Source of the DNA: an uncultured Chitinophagales bacterium
Lineage (GTDB): Bacteria > Bacteroidota > Bacteroidia > Chitinophagales > JADIYW01
Assembly (NCBI GenBank): GCA_964507125.1
Contig: CAZDOT010000007.1
Location: 19,764-83,763, forward strand
Reading direction: 5' to 3'
DNA: 64,000 nt
The notes below the pieces were generated by a model. It saw only the letters and a program-made list of their open reading frames with translations. It made no database searches and was not told where the DNA came from. A program made the position numbers and the translations under genes. Numbering within the stretch: the stretch's first letter is position 1; each line of letters begins with the position of its first letter. Below are positions 49,578-58,883 of the stretch, in pieces.

Positions 49578-50474
49578 TTAAGCTTGCTTAAATTCTACTT
49601 TCTGCCCAACTAAAACACTTGCGTGCCTGCCCATAAACAATGCTCTGTTGTCCGAAATGTGTCCACTCGGAAACTGATAACAAACCGGATAGTCGTACTC
49701 TGCAACATGTTCGTGAATAATTTCTTCTGCTGTTTTCCCAAATGGAATCGTATTGTCTTTCATCTCGGTCATACCACCAACTATCAGTCCGGCTAAATGC
49801 TTTAATTTTCCGGCACGTTTCATTGCCAATAACATTCTATCTATATGATATAAATACTCATCTAAATCTTCTATCAATAAAATTTTTTTATTAGTATCCA
49901 AGATGGTTTTAGTTCCTAAAATGGAATATAAGATGGATAAATTTCCACCAATAATTTCACCTTGCATTAATCCATTCCTATTAAAAGGATGTGCCTCCAA
50001 CGTATATTGTAAAGATTTCCCAAATAAGGCATCTTTTAAAGATGTTAATGCCTCTTGCGTGCTGGTAGGAAAAGTAATAGGCATTATGGCATGTACACTT
50101 TCCATGCCAATATTGCAGCTCAGTTGTGTGTGAAAATAGGTGATATCCGAGAAACCAATCAGCCATTTCGGGTTGTCTAAAAATGCTCTAAAATCCAAAT
50201 CATCCATAATGCGAACAGAGCCATAACCACCGCGTGCCGCAATAATGGCATTGATGTTTGGGTTGTTGAGCATGCGTTGCATATCCGCTTGTCGTTCGGC
50301 ATCGGTTCCGCCATATTGGTGGTCTTCTTTCCCAATCGTATCGCCAATCAGTACATTTAAGTTCCACGATTGTAAAATATCAATCGCCGGTTGAATTTCT
50401 GCTAATGAAATTTTTCTCGCCGGACAAGTAATGCCAATGGTATCGCCTTCTTTCAGAAATGCTGGTCGTATCAT
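49578..50474 (-). CDS. LD-carboxypeptidase (S66, LdcA-like)
   Basis: 298 aa. Motifs GDTIGITCPA, GFSDITYFH, and EDLDEYLYHIDRML ... FPSGH. Confidence 0.85.
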   Translation of the reverse strand: MIRPAFLKEGDTIGITCPARKISLAEIQPAIDILQSWNLNVLIGDTIGKEDHQYGGTDAERQADMQRMLNNPNINAIIAARGGYGSVRIMDDLDFRAFLDNPKWLIGFSDITYFHTQLSCNIGMESVHAIMPITFPTSTQEALTSLKDALFGKSLQYTLEAHPFNRNGLMQGEIIGGNLSILYSILGTKTILDTNKKILLIEDLDEYLYHIDRMLLAMKRAGKLKHLAGLIVGGMTEMKDNTIPFGKTAEEIIHEHVAEYDYPVCYQFPSGHISDNRALFMGRHASVLVGQKVEFKQA

Positions 50475-50549
50475 GTGGTAAAATTAGTGAAAAACGAACG
50501 TAATAATATATTCAAATACCGGATTCACATATCACTCATTTGTAATTGT

Positions 50550-50557
50550 TATATTTG
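50550..50557 (+). promoter_or_regulatory. Candidate -7 box (TAtaTTTG) directly abutting the metG start codon
   Basis: TATATTTG at 50550-50557, with the metG ATG at 50562. The -33 element is poor. Confidence 0.35.
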
Positions 50558-50561
50558 CACC

Positions 50562-52640
50562 ATGTCAGAGCCAAAAAGATATACCGTTACAGCAGCTTTG
50601 CCGTATGCCAATGGTCCATTGCATATCGGGCATTTAGCCGGAGCATATATTGCCGCAGATATTTATGTGCGTTATTTAAGATTACAAGGAAAAGATGTCA
50701 TTTTTGTTTGTGGAAGTGATGAACACGGAGCAGCCATCACCATTAAAGCAAAAAAAGAAAATACTACGCCACAAGAAATAGTGGACAAATACCATCAAAT
50801 TATCCGCGATAGCTTTGAAAAATTTGGGATTTCTTTTGATATCTATCATCGTACTTCAGAAAAAATTCACTACGATACCTCGCAAGATTTTTTTAGAATA
50901 TTGAATGATAAAAAAGCATTTGAGATAATTGAGAGTGAACAATATTTTGATGAAGAAGCCAAACAGTTTTTAGCTGATAGATATATCATTGGAACTTGTC
51001 CAAAATGCAGCAATGCAAATGCATACGGCGACCAATGTGAGAAATGCGGTTCTTCATTAAACCCGACAGATTTAATTCAACCTAAATCTACCTTAACCAA
51101 CTCTACACCGGTTTTGAAAAAAACAAAACATTGGTTTTTAAAATTGGATGCACAACAAGAAGAAATAAAAAATTGGTTGGAGCAAACGGCAGAACAAAAT
51201 AATTGGAAAGCACATGTAATAGGTCAATGTAAAAGTTGGTTAAATGATGGCTTAAAACCTCGTGCCATGACACGCGATTTAGATTGGGGCATTCCGGTGC
51301 CGCAAGAAATTGAAGGTAGTGAAGGAAAAGTATTGTATGTGTGGTTAGATGCGCCCATTGGATATATTTCTGCAACGAAGCAATTATTTTTAGAAAAAGC
51401 AAACAACCAAAATCAGTTTTCCTATCAACATAGAAATTTTGAAAATTGCACAGAAAATGATTGGGAAAAATATTGGAAAGATGCGTCAACACAGTTGGTA
51501 CATTTCATAGGAAAAGATAATATCGTATTTCATTGTATCACATTTCCGGCAATTTTAAAAGCACATGAAAATTACATTTTGCCAAGCAATGTACCGGCAA
51601 ATGAGTTTATGAATTTGGAAGGCGACAAGATTTCTACTTCAAGAAACTGGGCAGTTTGGTTGCACGAATATTTAGCAGAATTTCCGGGAAAAGAGGATGA
51701 GTTGCGATATTGCTTAATTGCTAATATGCCGGAAAATAAAGATGCTGAATTTACTTGGAAAGATTTTCAAAGTAGAGTGAATAATGAGCTAGCAGCCAAT
51801 GTGGGCAATTTTGTAAATAGAGTTGCCGTGTTAACACATAAATTTTATGATGGAAAAATTCCGTTAGAAATAAATGAAAAAGATCAAGCTATTTTTGATG
51901 AAATCAATGCATTAATGTCTAAAGTGAATGCATCCATTGCGGCATTTCGTTTTAAAGAAGCTTTACAGTTCACATTACAAATTTCAACTGTTGGAAATAA
52001 ATTTTTAGGTGATAACGAGCCTTGGAAATTAATAAAAACAGATGCACAAAGAGCTGAAGAGATTATGGCAGTTGCCGTGCAGATTTGTAAAATTCTATCG
52101 GATGTGTTTGCACCGTTATTGCCACAAACGAGTGTGAAAATACAAACACAGTTTAATGCATTTAAAGACACCATCAATCCATCTCAAATTTTATTTGAAA
52201 AAATTACAGACGAACAAGTAGATTTTCAAATAGAAAAATTGAATAAAAACAAACAACAAATACAACCGATTACTTCGGAAGCAGAAACTGCTAAAGCTGA
52301 ATTTGAACAGCTAAAACCAGAAATCCAATTCGATGATTTTTCTAAATTAGATATTAGAACAGGCGTAATTGTAGAGGCAGAACGTGTTCCAAAAGCAGAT
52401 AAATTATTGAAGTTATTGGTGGATATTGGAATTGAGCAACGCACCATAGTTTCCGGCATTGCAGCACATTTTCAACCGGAAGAAATTATCGGGAAAAATG
52501 TAGCCGTGTTGGTTAATCTTGCACCCAGAAAATTGCGTGGAATAGAAAGCAATGGAATGATATTGATGGCAGAAGATGCCAACGGGAAATTACATTTCGT
52601 CAATGCTTCCGATGTACAAGCCGGATATACGATTCGTTAA
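50562..52640 (+). CDS. metG: Methionine--tRNA ligase with C-terminal tRNA-binding (EMAP/Trbp111-like) domain
   Basis: HIGH motif PLHIGHLAG, a zinc knuckle CPKCSN...CEKCG, the KMSKS-equivalent DKISTSRN, and the C-terminal LDIRTGVIVEAERVPKADKLLKL. The ATG at 50562 gives MSEPKRYTVTAALPYANG. Confidence 0.93.
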   Translation: MSEPKRYTVTAALPYANGPLHIGHLAGAYIAADIYVRYLRLQGKDVIFVCGSDEHGAAITIKAKKENTTPQEIVDKYHQIIRDSFEKFGISFDIYHRTSEKIHYDTSQDFFRILNDKKAFEIIESEQYFDEEAKQFLADRYIIGTCPKCSNANAYGDQCEKCGSSLNPTDLIQPKSTLTNSTPVLKKTKHWFLKLDAQQEEIKNWLEQTAEQNNWKAHVIGQCKSWLNDGLKPRAMTRDLDWGIPVPQEIEGSEGKVLYVWLDAPIGYISATKQLFLEKANNQNQFSYQHRNFENCTENDWEKYWKDASTQLVHFIGKDNIVFHCITFPAILKAHENYILPSNVPANEFMNLEGDKISTSRNWAVWLHEYLAEFPGKEDELRYCLIANMPENKDAEFTWKDFQSRVNNELAANVGNFVNRVAVLTHKFYDGKIPLEINEKDQAIFDEINALMSKVNASIAAFRFKEALQFTLQISTVGNKFLGDNEPWKLIKTDAQRAEEIMAVAVQICKILSDVFAPLLPQTSVKIQTQFNAFKDTINPSQILFEKITDEQVDFQIEKLNKNKQQIQPITSEAETAKAEFEQLKPEIQFDDFSKLDIRTGVIVEAERVPKADKLLKLLVDIGIEQRTIVSGIAAHFQPEEIIGKNVAVLVNLAPRKLRGIESNGMILMAEDANGKLHFVNASDVQAGYTIR

Positions 52641-52643
52641 TTA

Positions 52644-54164
52644 TTACCAAATTATTTTTCCGGCATGCGATACTAAATGCTCTTCAATTGCTTTGTAATT
52701 CTTGCTGTTTTTTAGCACTAAAATAGATACACTTTCTTTTTTGTTGATAGGTGTTTTGTGTGCGTATTTGTAAAAGAATAAATCCAATGAATTTTCCGGT
52801 TTGCTTTGCTTCTCAAATTGACGCGTACTAGCCGGTAATTGAAATAAATGATAATCGTTTTTAAACGCAGCAATAGGTGTTGTTTTGTCGGCTAAGATAA
52901 TATCAGCATTGAGTGCTAAAATTTCATTGTCACTTAATTTTTTTCCTTCTTTAGTGTGGTTGCCATTGGCAAAAGTACTTTGCCAATTTCCAATCCATGA
53001 TACAAAGTTGTCGTAATAGGCAACTAATTTTCCATTGCGTACAGCCGATAAATCATTGGCAACATAATACATATTGTCGAAGTCGCTTTGTAAGGTTTTT
53101 TCGAAATAGGCAAATGCTGTTTGGAACCCAAAAAAGAAAACAAAAATAGCAGTTGTTATACCTTGAGATATCGAACGAAAATCTCGAATAAATAACATAG
53201 ATAAGACGATGAGCCCAAGAAAAATAACATAGTAATTTTTGAACGCTAAATTTTCTGTTTGTGCATACGTACAAGTATATACAGACGGAATAATAATGAA
53301 ACTTGCCGCTAAAGCAAAATAGCGTGCGTGCAAACTTTTATATTCTTTAATAAAATAAAATACAACACCAATGACTAATGGTGCTACAAAATATCTTGCA
53401 TAATGTTTTAAATAATTCCATGCATCCAAATGAAAAAAAGTTTCCATTCTTTCATTTTGATGTAGCCAATTGTGTGGTAATATTGTTTGGAAATAGGCAT
53501 ATCTATAAAAATAAAAAACAGCTAAAGGTGCTAATAAAAACAAGATAGTTTTTCGAATTCTGCTCTTAATAAATCCGCGTTTGTATCGGTCTTTTAAATC
53601 TCTAATATCATAGAAACTCACTATTATCAAGGGCAAAACAAAAAACAAATTGTCGGGACGTGCTACAATATTTACCACACTCCAAAACATCAACCAACTG
53701 TATCGATGTTTCCAAAAAGAGCGAACTGCAAAAAGCCAAAGCATTCCTTGAAACAGAATTTCATCACCCAAAACACCGGCCCAAATTTGTGTGCTCATAA
53801 ATAGCATGCCAACCAATAGAAGATGAATACTCCAAAATCTAGAATCAATAATGCGTTGTATCAAATAAACACTTATAAAGATACTGATAGATGAAATAGT
53901 ATATGCCGCCTTTATGGTGCTTAGTTTTAAAAAATGGATAAAAAACCAAATTGTTAAAACATATAAGAAGTTGTTACTGTCGTCAAAAGCTCGTATTTGA
54001 TAGTTGTTTGCTTGGAAAAACCAAATTTTATACTGTTCCATGTTTTCTGCATACATAAAATTTGCAGTTGAACAAGCAGCAGGTTGTGTAAATACGGGTA
54101 AAAGCTTAAAGAAAAACCAACAAAGTGGTATTGCCAAAAGTAAGGTGAATTGGAGTCGCTTCAT
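52644..54164 (-). CDS. Polytopic membrane protein with C-terminal soluble domain (GT-C-like architecture, function unknown)
   Basis: 506 aa with about 12 TM helices followed by a ~140-aa soluble tail. I recognise no diagnostic motif. Confidence 0.45.
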   Translation of the reverse strand: MKRLQFTLLLAIPLCWFFFKLLPVFTQPAACSTANFMYAENMEQYKIWFFQANNYQIRAFDDSNNFLYVLTIWFFIHFLKLSTIKAAYTISSISIFISVYLIQRIIDSRFWSIHLLLVGMLFMSTQIWAGVLGDEILFQGMLWLFAVRSFWKHRYSWLMFWSVVNIVARPDNLFFVLPLIIVSFYDIRDLKDRYKRGFIKSRIRKTILFLLAPLAVFYFYRYAYFQTILPHNWLHQNERMETFFHLDAWNYLKHYARYFVAPLVIGVVFYFIKEYKSLHARYFALAASFIIIPSVYTCTYAQTENLAFKNYYVIFLGLIVLSMLFIRDFRSISQGITTAIFVFFFGFQTAFAYFEKTLQSDFDNMYYVANDLSAVRNGKLVAYYDNFVSWIGNWQSTFANGNHTKEGKKLSDNEILALNADIILADKTTPIAAFKNDYHLFQLPASTRQFEKQSKPENSLDLFFYKYAHKTPINKKESVSILVLKNSKNYKAIEEHLVSHAGKIIW

Positions 54165-54233
54165 GGTGTGTAAGATAAAATTTGATTTCTTTAAATAGAA
54201 ATCATTTTATAAATTTAGCAAAAATTAAAAAAG

Positions 54234-54497
54234 ATGAGCTTAGATAAACAATTTGAACAAGCACAAGAAGATGTAAGAACACTTACAAAACGTCCGTCTG
54301 ATATGCAATTATTAGATTTATATGCCTTTTTTAAACAGGCTACAGAAGGTGATAATAAAACTTCAAAACCCGGAATGTTTGATATAAAAGGCAAATTTAA
54401 ATGGGAAACATGGAAAGCAAAATCTGGCATGAGCACAGCGGAAGCACAACAAAAGTATATTGATTTAGTAAATGAGTTGTTAGCTACACTCAAATAA
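54234..54497 (+). CDS. Acyl-CoA-binding protein (ACBP)
   Basis: 87 aa. FEQAQEDVRTLTKRPSDMQLLDLYAFFKQATEGD...KPGMFDIKGKFKWETW matches the ACBP signature. Confidence 0.85.
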   Translation: MSLDKQFEQAQEDVRTLTKRPSDMQLLDLYAFFKQATEGDNKTSKPGMFDIKGKFKWETWKAKSGMSTAEAQQKYIDLVNELLATLK

Positions 54498-54518
54498 TTC
54501 TTATCTTCTATAATTACA

Positions 54519-54552
54519 CGGTATCTATCTCCGCTTTTTTAGGTAGATACCG
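54519..54552 (+). terminator. 12-bp hairpin downstream of the ACBP gene (possible terminator without a U-tract)
   Basis: CGGTATCTATCT / AGGTAGATACCG (one G-U pair) with a 10-nt loop, CCGCTTTTTT. The trailing sequence, ATAATTTAG, is only weakly T-rich. Confidence 0.4.
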
Positions 54553-54628
54553 ATAATTTAGATTAATTCCAAACTGTATAAAATCGAAAAATTAACCTTA
54601 ATGAAAAGTTAATTCATTTGCAAAGTTT

Positions 54629-54636
54629 TAATTTTG
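54629..54636 (+). promoter_or_regulatory. Candidate -7 box (TAatTTTG) for the sdhCAB operon
   Basis: TAATTTTG at 54629-54636, 27 nt upstream of the sdhC ATG. Confidence 0.4.
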
Positions 54637-54662
54637 CAACGATTTTTTGAAATCTTATTATC

Positions 54663-55331
54663 ATGGCAAAAGAAAGTTTTTTCTCTTCATCAATCGGCAG
54701 AAAATTAATTGTCGGTCTCACAGGTTTATTTCTAATTTCTTTTCTTGTTATTCACGTAGGTATTAATGCGTTAATATTATTAAATGACAATGGAGAAACA
54801 TTTAACGCAGCAGCACATTTCATGTCGCATTTCTGGTTAATTCGTGTTTTAGAAATTGGTTTATTAGTAGGTATTCTGATTCATATCGTACTTACTATCC
54901 GATTAACCATTGAAAATCGTAGTAAGCGTCCGGTGCAATATGCTGTAAGTGCAGGCAATGCAAACTCTAAATGGTACTCTCGTTCTATGGGTGTATTAGG
55001 TTCGTTGTTATTGCTGTTCTTAGTCGTTCACATGTCCGATTTTTGGTGGGCAACTAAAAAAGCATTATACATTACCAAAGAAGCGGATAATCCGTATGAA
55101 CAAATTATAACGACATTATCTAACCCAATATTTTTGGTTGTTTATGTAATTGGTGTTTTCTCATTAGGATTTCACTTATTACACGGTTTTCCTAGTGCAT
55201 TCCAATCTTTAGGTTTAAATCATAAAAAATACACACCTATTGTTAAAGCAGCCGGTACTGCATTCTCCATCGTAGTTCCGGGTTTATTTGCTTTAATAGC
55301 ATTAGCAGTATTTTTCGGTTTGGTTCAATAA
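54663..55331 (+). CDS. sdhC: Succinate dehydrogenase/fumarate reductase cytochrome b subunit (b558 family)
   Basis: 222 aa with 5 TM helices and conserved His residues in the helices. It lies upstream of the flavoprotein gene. Confidence 0.85.
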   Translation: MAKESFFSSSIGRKLIVGLTGLFLISFLVIHVGINALILLNDNGETFNAAAHFMSHFWLIRVLEIGLLVGILIHIVLTIRLTIENRSKRPVQYAVSAGNANSKWYSRSMGVLGSLLLLFLVVHMSDFWWATKKALYITKEADNPYEQIITTLSNPIFLVVYVIGVFSLGFHLLHGFPSAFQSLGLNHKKYTPIVKAAGTAFSIVVPGLFALIALAVFFGLVQ

Positions 55332-55361
55332 TTTTAGTACAAGTTCAAATTAGCATATAAG

Positions 55362-57341
55362 ATGGCTCTTAATTCAAAAATACCTCAAGGCGATATAGAT
55401 AAAAAATGGTCAAATTACAAAGGACATGTTAAGTTAGTAAATCCGGCCAATAAACGTAAACTTGAAATCATCGTAGTAGGAACCGGCTTGGCTGGTGCTT
55501 CTGCGGCGGCTACTTTGGGCGAGTTGGGATACAAAGTTAAAGTATTCTGTTTCCAAGATTCACCACGTCGTGCGCACTCTATTGCAGCACAAGGTGGTAT
55601 TAATGCAGCAAAAAACTATCAAAATGATGGCGACTCCGTATATCGTTTATTTTACGATACCATTAAAGGTGGTGACTATAGAGCACGCGAAGCAAACGTT
55701 TATCGTTTAGCAGAAGTTTCTGTAAATATCATTGACCAATGCGTGGCACAAGGTGTTCCTTTTGCTCGTGAATATGGTGGTTATTTAGATAACCGTTCTT
55801 TCGGTGGTGTGCAAGTAAAACGTACGTTTTATGCAGCAGGCCAAACAGGACAACAATTACTATTAGGTGCTTATTCTGCATTAGAACGCCAAGTAGCTTT
55901 AGGAAGTGTAAAACAATATACACGCCACGAAATGTTGGATGTGGTAGTAATTGATGGTAAAGCACGTGGTATCATTGCACGTGATTTAATTACCGGAAAA
56001 TTAGAACGTCATTTCGGCCATGCCGTAGTATTGTGCACAGGTGGTTATGGTAATGTATTCTATTTGTCTACCAACGCCATGGGCTCTAACGTAACGGCAG
56101 CTTGGAAAGCTCATAAAAAAGGCGCTTTCTTTGGCAATCCTTGCTTTACACAAATTCACCCAACATGTATTCCGGTTTCCGGCGATCATCAATCTAAATT
56201 AACGTTGATGTCAGAATCGTTGAGAAACGACGGTCGTATTTGGGTACCGAAAAATAAAGACGAAAAACGCAAAGCCAACGATATTCCGGAAGAAGAACGC
56301 GATTATTATTTAGAGCGTAGATATCCTGCCTTTGGAAACTTAGTGCCACGTGACGTAGCATCAAGAGCAGCCAAAGAACGTTGCGATGCAGGTTATGGTG
56401 TAGGTACCACCAAACAAGCCGTATATTTAGATTTCAGGTTTAACTTAATTAATAAATACGGAAGAGCTGAAGCTTCAAAATTAGGTATTGAAAATCCGGA
56501 TGAAGCAACATTAGTGAAGTTGGGAAAAGAAGTAGTGAAAGAACAATACGGAAACTTGTTCGATATGTATGAGAAAATCACCGGCGAAAATCCGTATGAA
56601 GTGCCAATGCGTATTTATCCGGCAGTGCATTACACAATGGGTGGACTTTGGGTAGATTATGAATTGATGACTTCTGTAAAAGGTTTATATGCTTTAGGTG
56701 AATGTAATTTCTCTGATCATGGAGCCAATCGTTTAGGTGCTTCTGCATTAATGCAAGGCTTAGCAGATGGTTATTTCGTAATTCCTTATACAATTGGTAA
56801 TTATTTGGCAGATGAAATTGCGACAAAAGCAATCTCTACAGATAGTAAAGAATTCTTAGATGCCGAAAAAGCAGTGTCCGATAGAATTACTAAGTTGATG
56901 AGTATAAAAGGGACCAAATCGGTAGAAAGTTTCCACAAACGTTTAGGTAAAATTATGTGGGAAAAATGCGGTATGGCAAGAAATGAAAATGGATTAACGG
57001 AAGCAATCGCAGAGATTCAAGCATTGAGAAAAGAGTTCTGGAAAGACGTGAAAATTCCGGGTGGAATCACTGAGTTTAATCCCGAATTAGATAAAGCAGG
57101 TCGTGTAGCCGATTTCTTAGAATTAGGTGAGTTGATGTGCCGTGATGCCTTAGACAGAAAAGAAAGTTGCGGTGGTCACTTCAGAGAAGAATCACAAACA
57201 GAAGAAGGCGAAGCACAAAGAGATGACGAGAATTTCAAATTTGTTTCTGCTTGGGAATACAAAGGTGAAAGTGAATGGGTTTTAAATAAAGAAGATTTGA
57301 TTTACGAAAATATCAAAATAGCAGCAAGAAGTTATAAATAA
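55362..57341 (+). CDS. sdhA: Succinate dehydrogenase/fumarate reductase flavoprotein subunit
   Basis: 659 aa. FAD fold [12 protein letters not shown], covalent-FAD His region [14 protein letters not shown], and the C-terminal [10 protein letters not shown]. Confidence 0.95.
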   Translation: MALNSKIPQGDIDKKWSNYKGHVKLVNPANKRKLEIIVVGTGLAGASAAATLGELGYKVKVFCFQDSPRRAHSIAAQGGINAAKNYQNDGDSVYRLFYDTIKGGDYRAREANVYRLAEVSVNIIDQCVAQGVPFAREYGGYLDNRSFGGVQVKRTFYAAGQTGQQLLLGAYSALERQVALGSVKQYTRHEMLDVVVIDGKARGIIARDLITGKLERHFGHAVVLCTGGYGNVFYLSTNAMGSNVTAAWKAHKKGAFFGNPCFTQIHPTCIPVSGDHQSKLTLMSESLRNDGRIWVPKNKDEKRKANDIPEEERDYYLERRYPAFGNLVPRDVASRAAKERCDAGYGVGTTKQAVYLDFRFNLINKYGRAEASKLGIENPDEATLVKLGKEVVKEQYGNLFDMYEKITGENPYEVPMRIYPAVHYTMGGLWVDYELMTSVKGLYALGECNFSDHGANRLGASALMQGLADGYFVIPYTIGNYLADEIATKAISTDSKEFLDAEKAVSDRITKLMSIKGTKSVESFHKRLGKIMWEKCGMARNENGLTEAIAEIQALRKEFWKDVKIPGGITEFNPELDKAGRVADFLELGELMCRDALDRKESCGGHFREESQTEEGEAQRDDENFKFVSAWEYKGESEWVLNKEDLIYENIKIAARSYK

Positions 57342-57348
57342 AAGAAGA

Positions 57349-57835
57349 ATGGATATTGGCTTTTTATTTGAAAAATTATATAAAAACAATATTCGATATT
57401 TAATAACAGACGGATTAGCGGTGAATTTATATGGTGTGAATCGAATGACTGCCGATATTGATTTGATTTTAGATTTGACTCAAGATAATATTAGGCAATT
57501 TCATTCAACTGTAAAAGAATTAGATTTTATTCCACTTTTGCTATTGCCATTAAATATTTTGGAAGATAAAATTGAACGATTAAAATTAATAGAAGAAAAA
57601 ACTTGATAGCATATTCTTATTATAATCTATCAAAGAAATTTATGAATGTAGATATTATTATTGATGTACCATCTGCATTTAATGATTTATGGGAAAATAG
57701 AGAAATAAAAAGGTAGATAATTACGAACTAAATGTATTAAGTATAAACGATTTGATTGCACTTAAAGAATATGCTGACAGAGCACAAGATAAAAATGATA
57801 TTTTATTGTTGAAATCGGCAAATAACAAAAGATGA
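57349..57835 (+). pseudogene. Pol-beta-superfamily nucleotidyltransferase-like gene disrupted by two -1 frameshifts in poly-A runs
   Basis: The first frame (57349-57606) encodes ...YLITDGLAVNLYGVNRMTADIDLILDL, which carries the G[GS]-x(n)-DxD NTase signature. The reading frame continues in a second frame after the A6 run at 57596-57601 (NLIAYSYYNLSKKFMNVDIIIDVPSAFNDLWENREIK). It continues in a third frame after the A5 run at 57707-57711 (VDNYELNVLSINDLIALKEYADRAQDKNDILLL...), ending at TGA 57833-57835. Confidence 0.7.
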
Positions 57836-58017
57836 AACCAATGAATGAAAATATAAAGCCTGAAATTTGGTATGATGAAAAGAATCCGGCTTTGTATAAA
57901 AAATTAACAGAAAAAGAAATATTTGAATGGTTACAATCAACAAACGAATTTATTTGGAAAGCATTAACTAAAGAACAACGATTAGAAAATAAAATAAAAG
58001 AATTATATAAAGCATAA
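57832..58017 (+). CDS. 61-aa hypothetical protein, translationally coupled (ATGA) to the broken nucleotidyltransferase gene
   Basis: MKPMNENIKPEIWYDEKNPALYKKLTEKEIFEWLQSTNEFIWKALTKEQRLENKIKELYKA. The ATG at 57832 overlaps the TGA at 57833-57835. I recognise no family. Confidence 0.5.
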   Translation: MKPMNENIKPEIWYDEKNPALYKKLTEKEIFEWLQSTNEFIWKALTKEQRLENKIKELYKA

Positions 58018-58046
58018 AGCATATAATTACATATAATTAAAAGAAT

Positions 58047-58811
58047 ATGGAACATTATAATATGAACCTCACACTGAAAGTGTGGCGACAAAAAAACAGC
58101 AACGACAAAGGTGGTTTAGAAACATACCAAGTAAAAAATATTTCTTCGGAGATGTCTTTCTTGGAAATGTTTGATGTTTTAAATGAACAATTAATCAGTG
58201 ATGATAAGGATCCAATAGCTTTTGATCACGATTGCCGTGAAGGTATTTGCGGTATGTGTTCTATGTATATCAATGGCCGTCCACACGGACCTTGGCATGC
58301 AACAACAACGTGTCAATTACATATGCGTGCTTTCAAAGATGGAGATACGATTGTGGTGGAACCGTGGAGAGCAAAAGCATTTCCGGTAATTAAAGATTTA
58401 GTAGTTGACAGAGCGGCTTTTGATAGAATCATTCAAGCTGGTGGTTATGTATCTGTAAACACAGGTGTTACAGTAGATGCTAATGCTACACCTATTCCAA
58501 AAGCAGATGCGGATAAATCGTTTGCAGCGGCAGCTTGTATCGGTTGTGGTGCTTGCGTTGCTGCTTGTAAGAACTCTTCTGCTATGTTGTTCGTTTCTGC
58601 AAAAGTTTCTCAATTTGCATTATTGCCACAAGGACAAGCAGAACGCGAAACACGTGTTTTGGATATGGTTGCCCAAATGGATAAAGAAGGATTTGGTAGC
58701 TGTACCAACACAGGTGCATGTGAAGCAGAATGCCCGAAAGAAATATCTTTAGAAAATATTGCTCGCTTAAACAGAGAATATGCTGCGGCAAGTTTATCCA
58801 GCGAAGAATAG
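58047..58811 (+). CDS. sdhB: Succinate dehydrogenase/fumarate reductase iron-sulfur subunit
   Basis: 254 aa. Cys clusters [20 protein letters not shown] and [12 protein letters not shown]. An alternative start is the ATG at 58062 ([10 protein letters not shown]). Confidence 0.93.
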   Translation: MEHYNMNLTLKVWRQKNSNDKGGLETYQVKNISSEMSFLEMFDVLNEQLISDDKDPIAFDHDCREGICGMCSMYINGRPHGPWHATTTCQLHMRAFKDGDTIVVEPWRAKAFPVIKDLVVDRAAFDRIIQAGGYVSVNTGVTVDANATPIPKADADKSFAAAACIGCGACVAACKNSSAMLFVSAKVSQFALLPQGQAERETRVLDMVAQMDKEGFGSCTNTGACEAECPKEISLENIARLNREYAAASLSSEE

Positions 58812-58835
58812 AAGATTTTATTGCATATTAAATAG

Positions 58836-58865
58836 AAAATGGTGGACAATTCGTCCACCATTTTT
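58836..58865. terminator. Bidirectional rho-independent terminator between sdhB and the convergent M42 peptidase gene
   Basis: Stem GGTGGAC / GTCCACC extended by A/T pairs, with a 5-nt loop. It is flanked by an A-run upstream and T5 downstream. Confidence 0.8.
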
Positions 58866-58883
58866 ATTACTATTCTCCTTAGA

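Noticed and set aside
57762-58091. A 109-aa minus-strand ORF spanning the 61-aa gene and the sdhB start.
   Set aside because: It overlaps the sdhB start codon and the + strand cassette. Its composition is Phe/Ile/Leu-rich, as expected from the antisense of AT-rich coding DNA, and it has no start context or motif.
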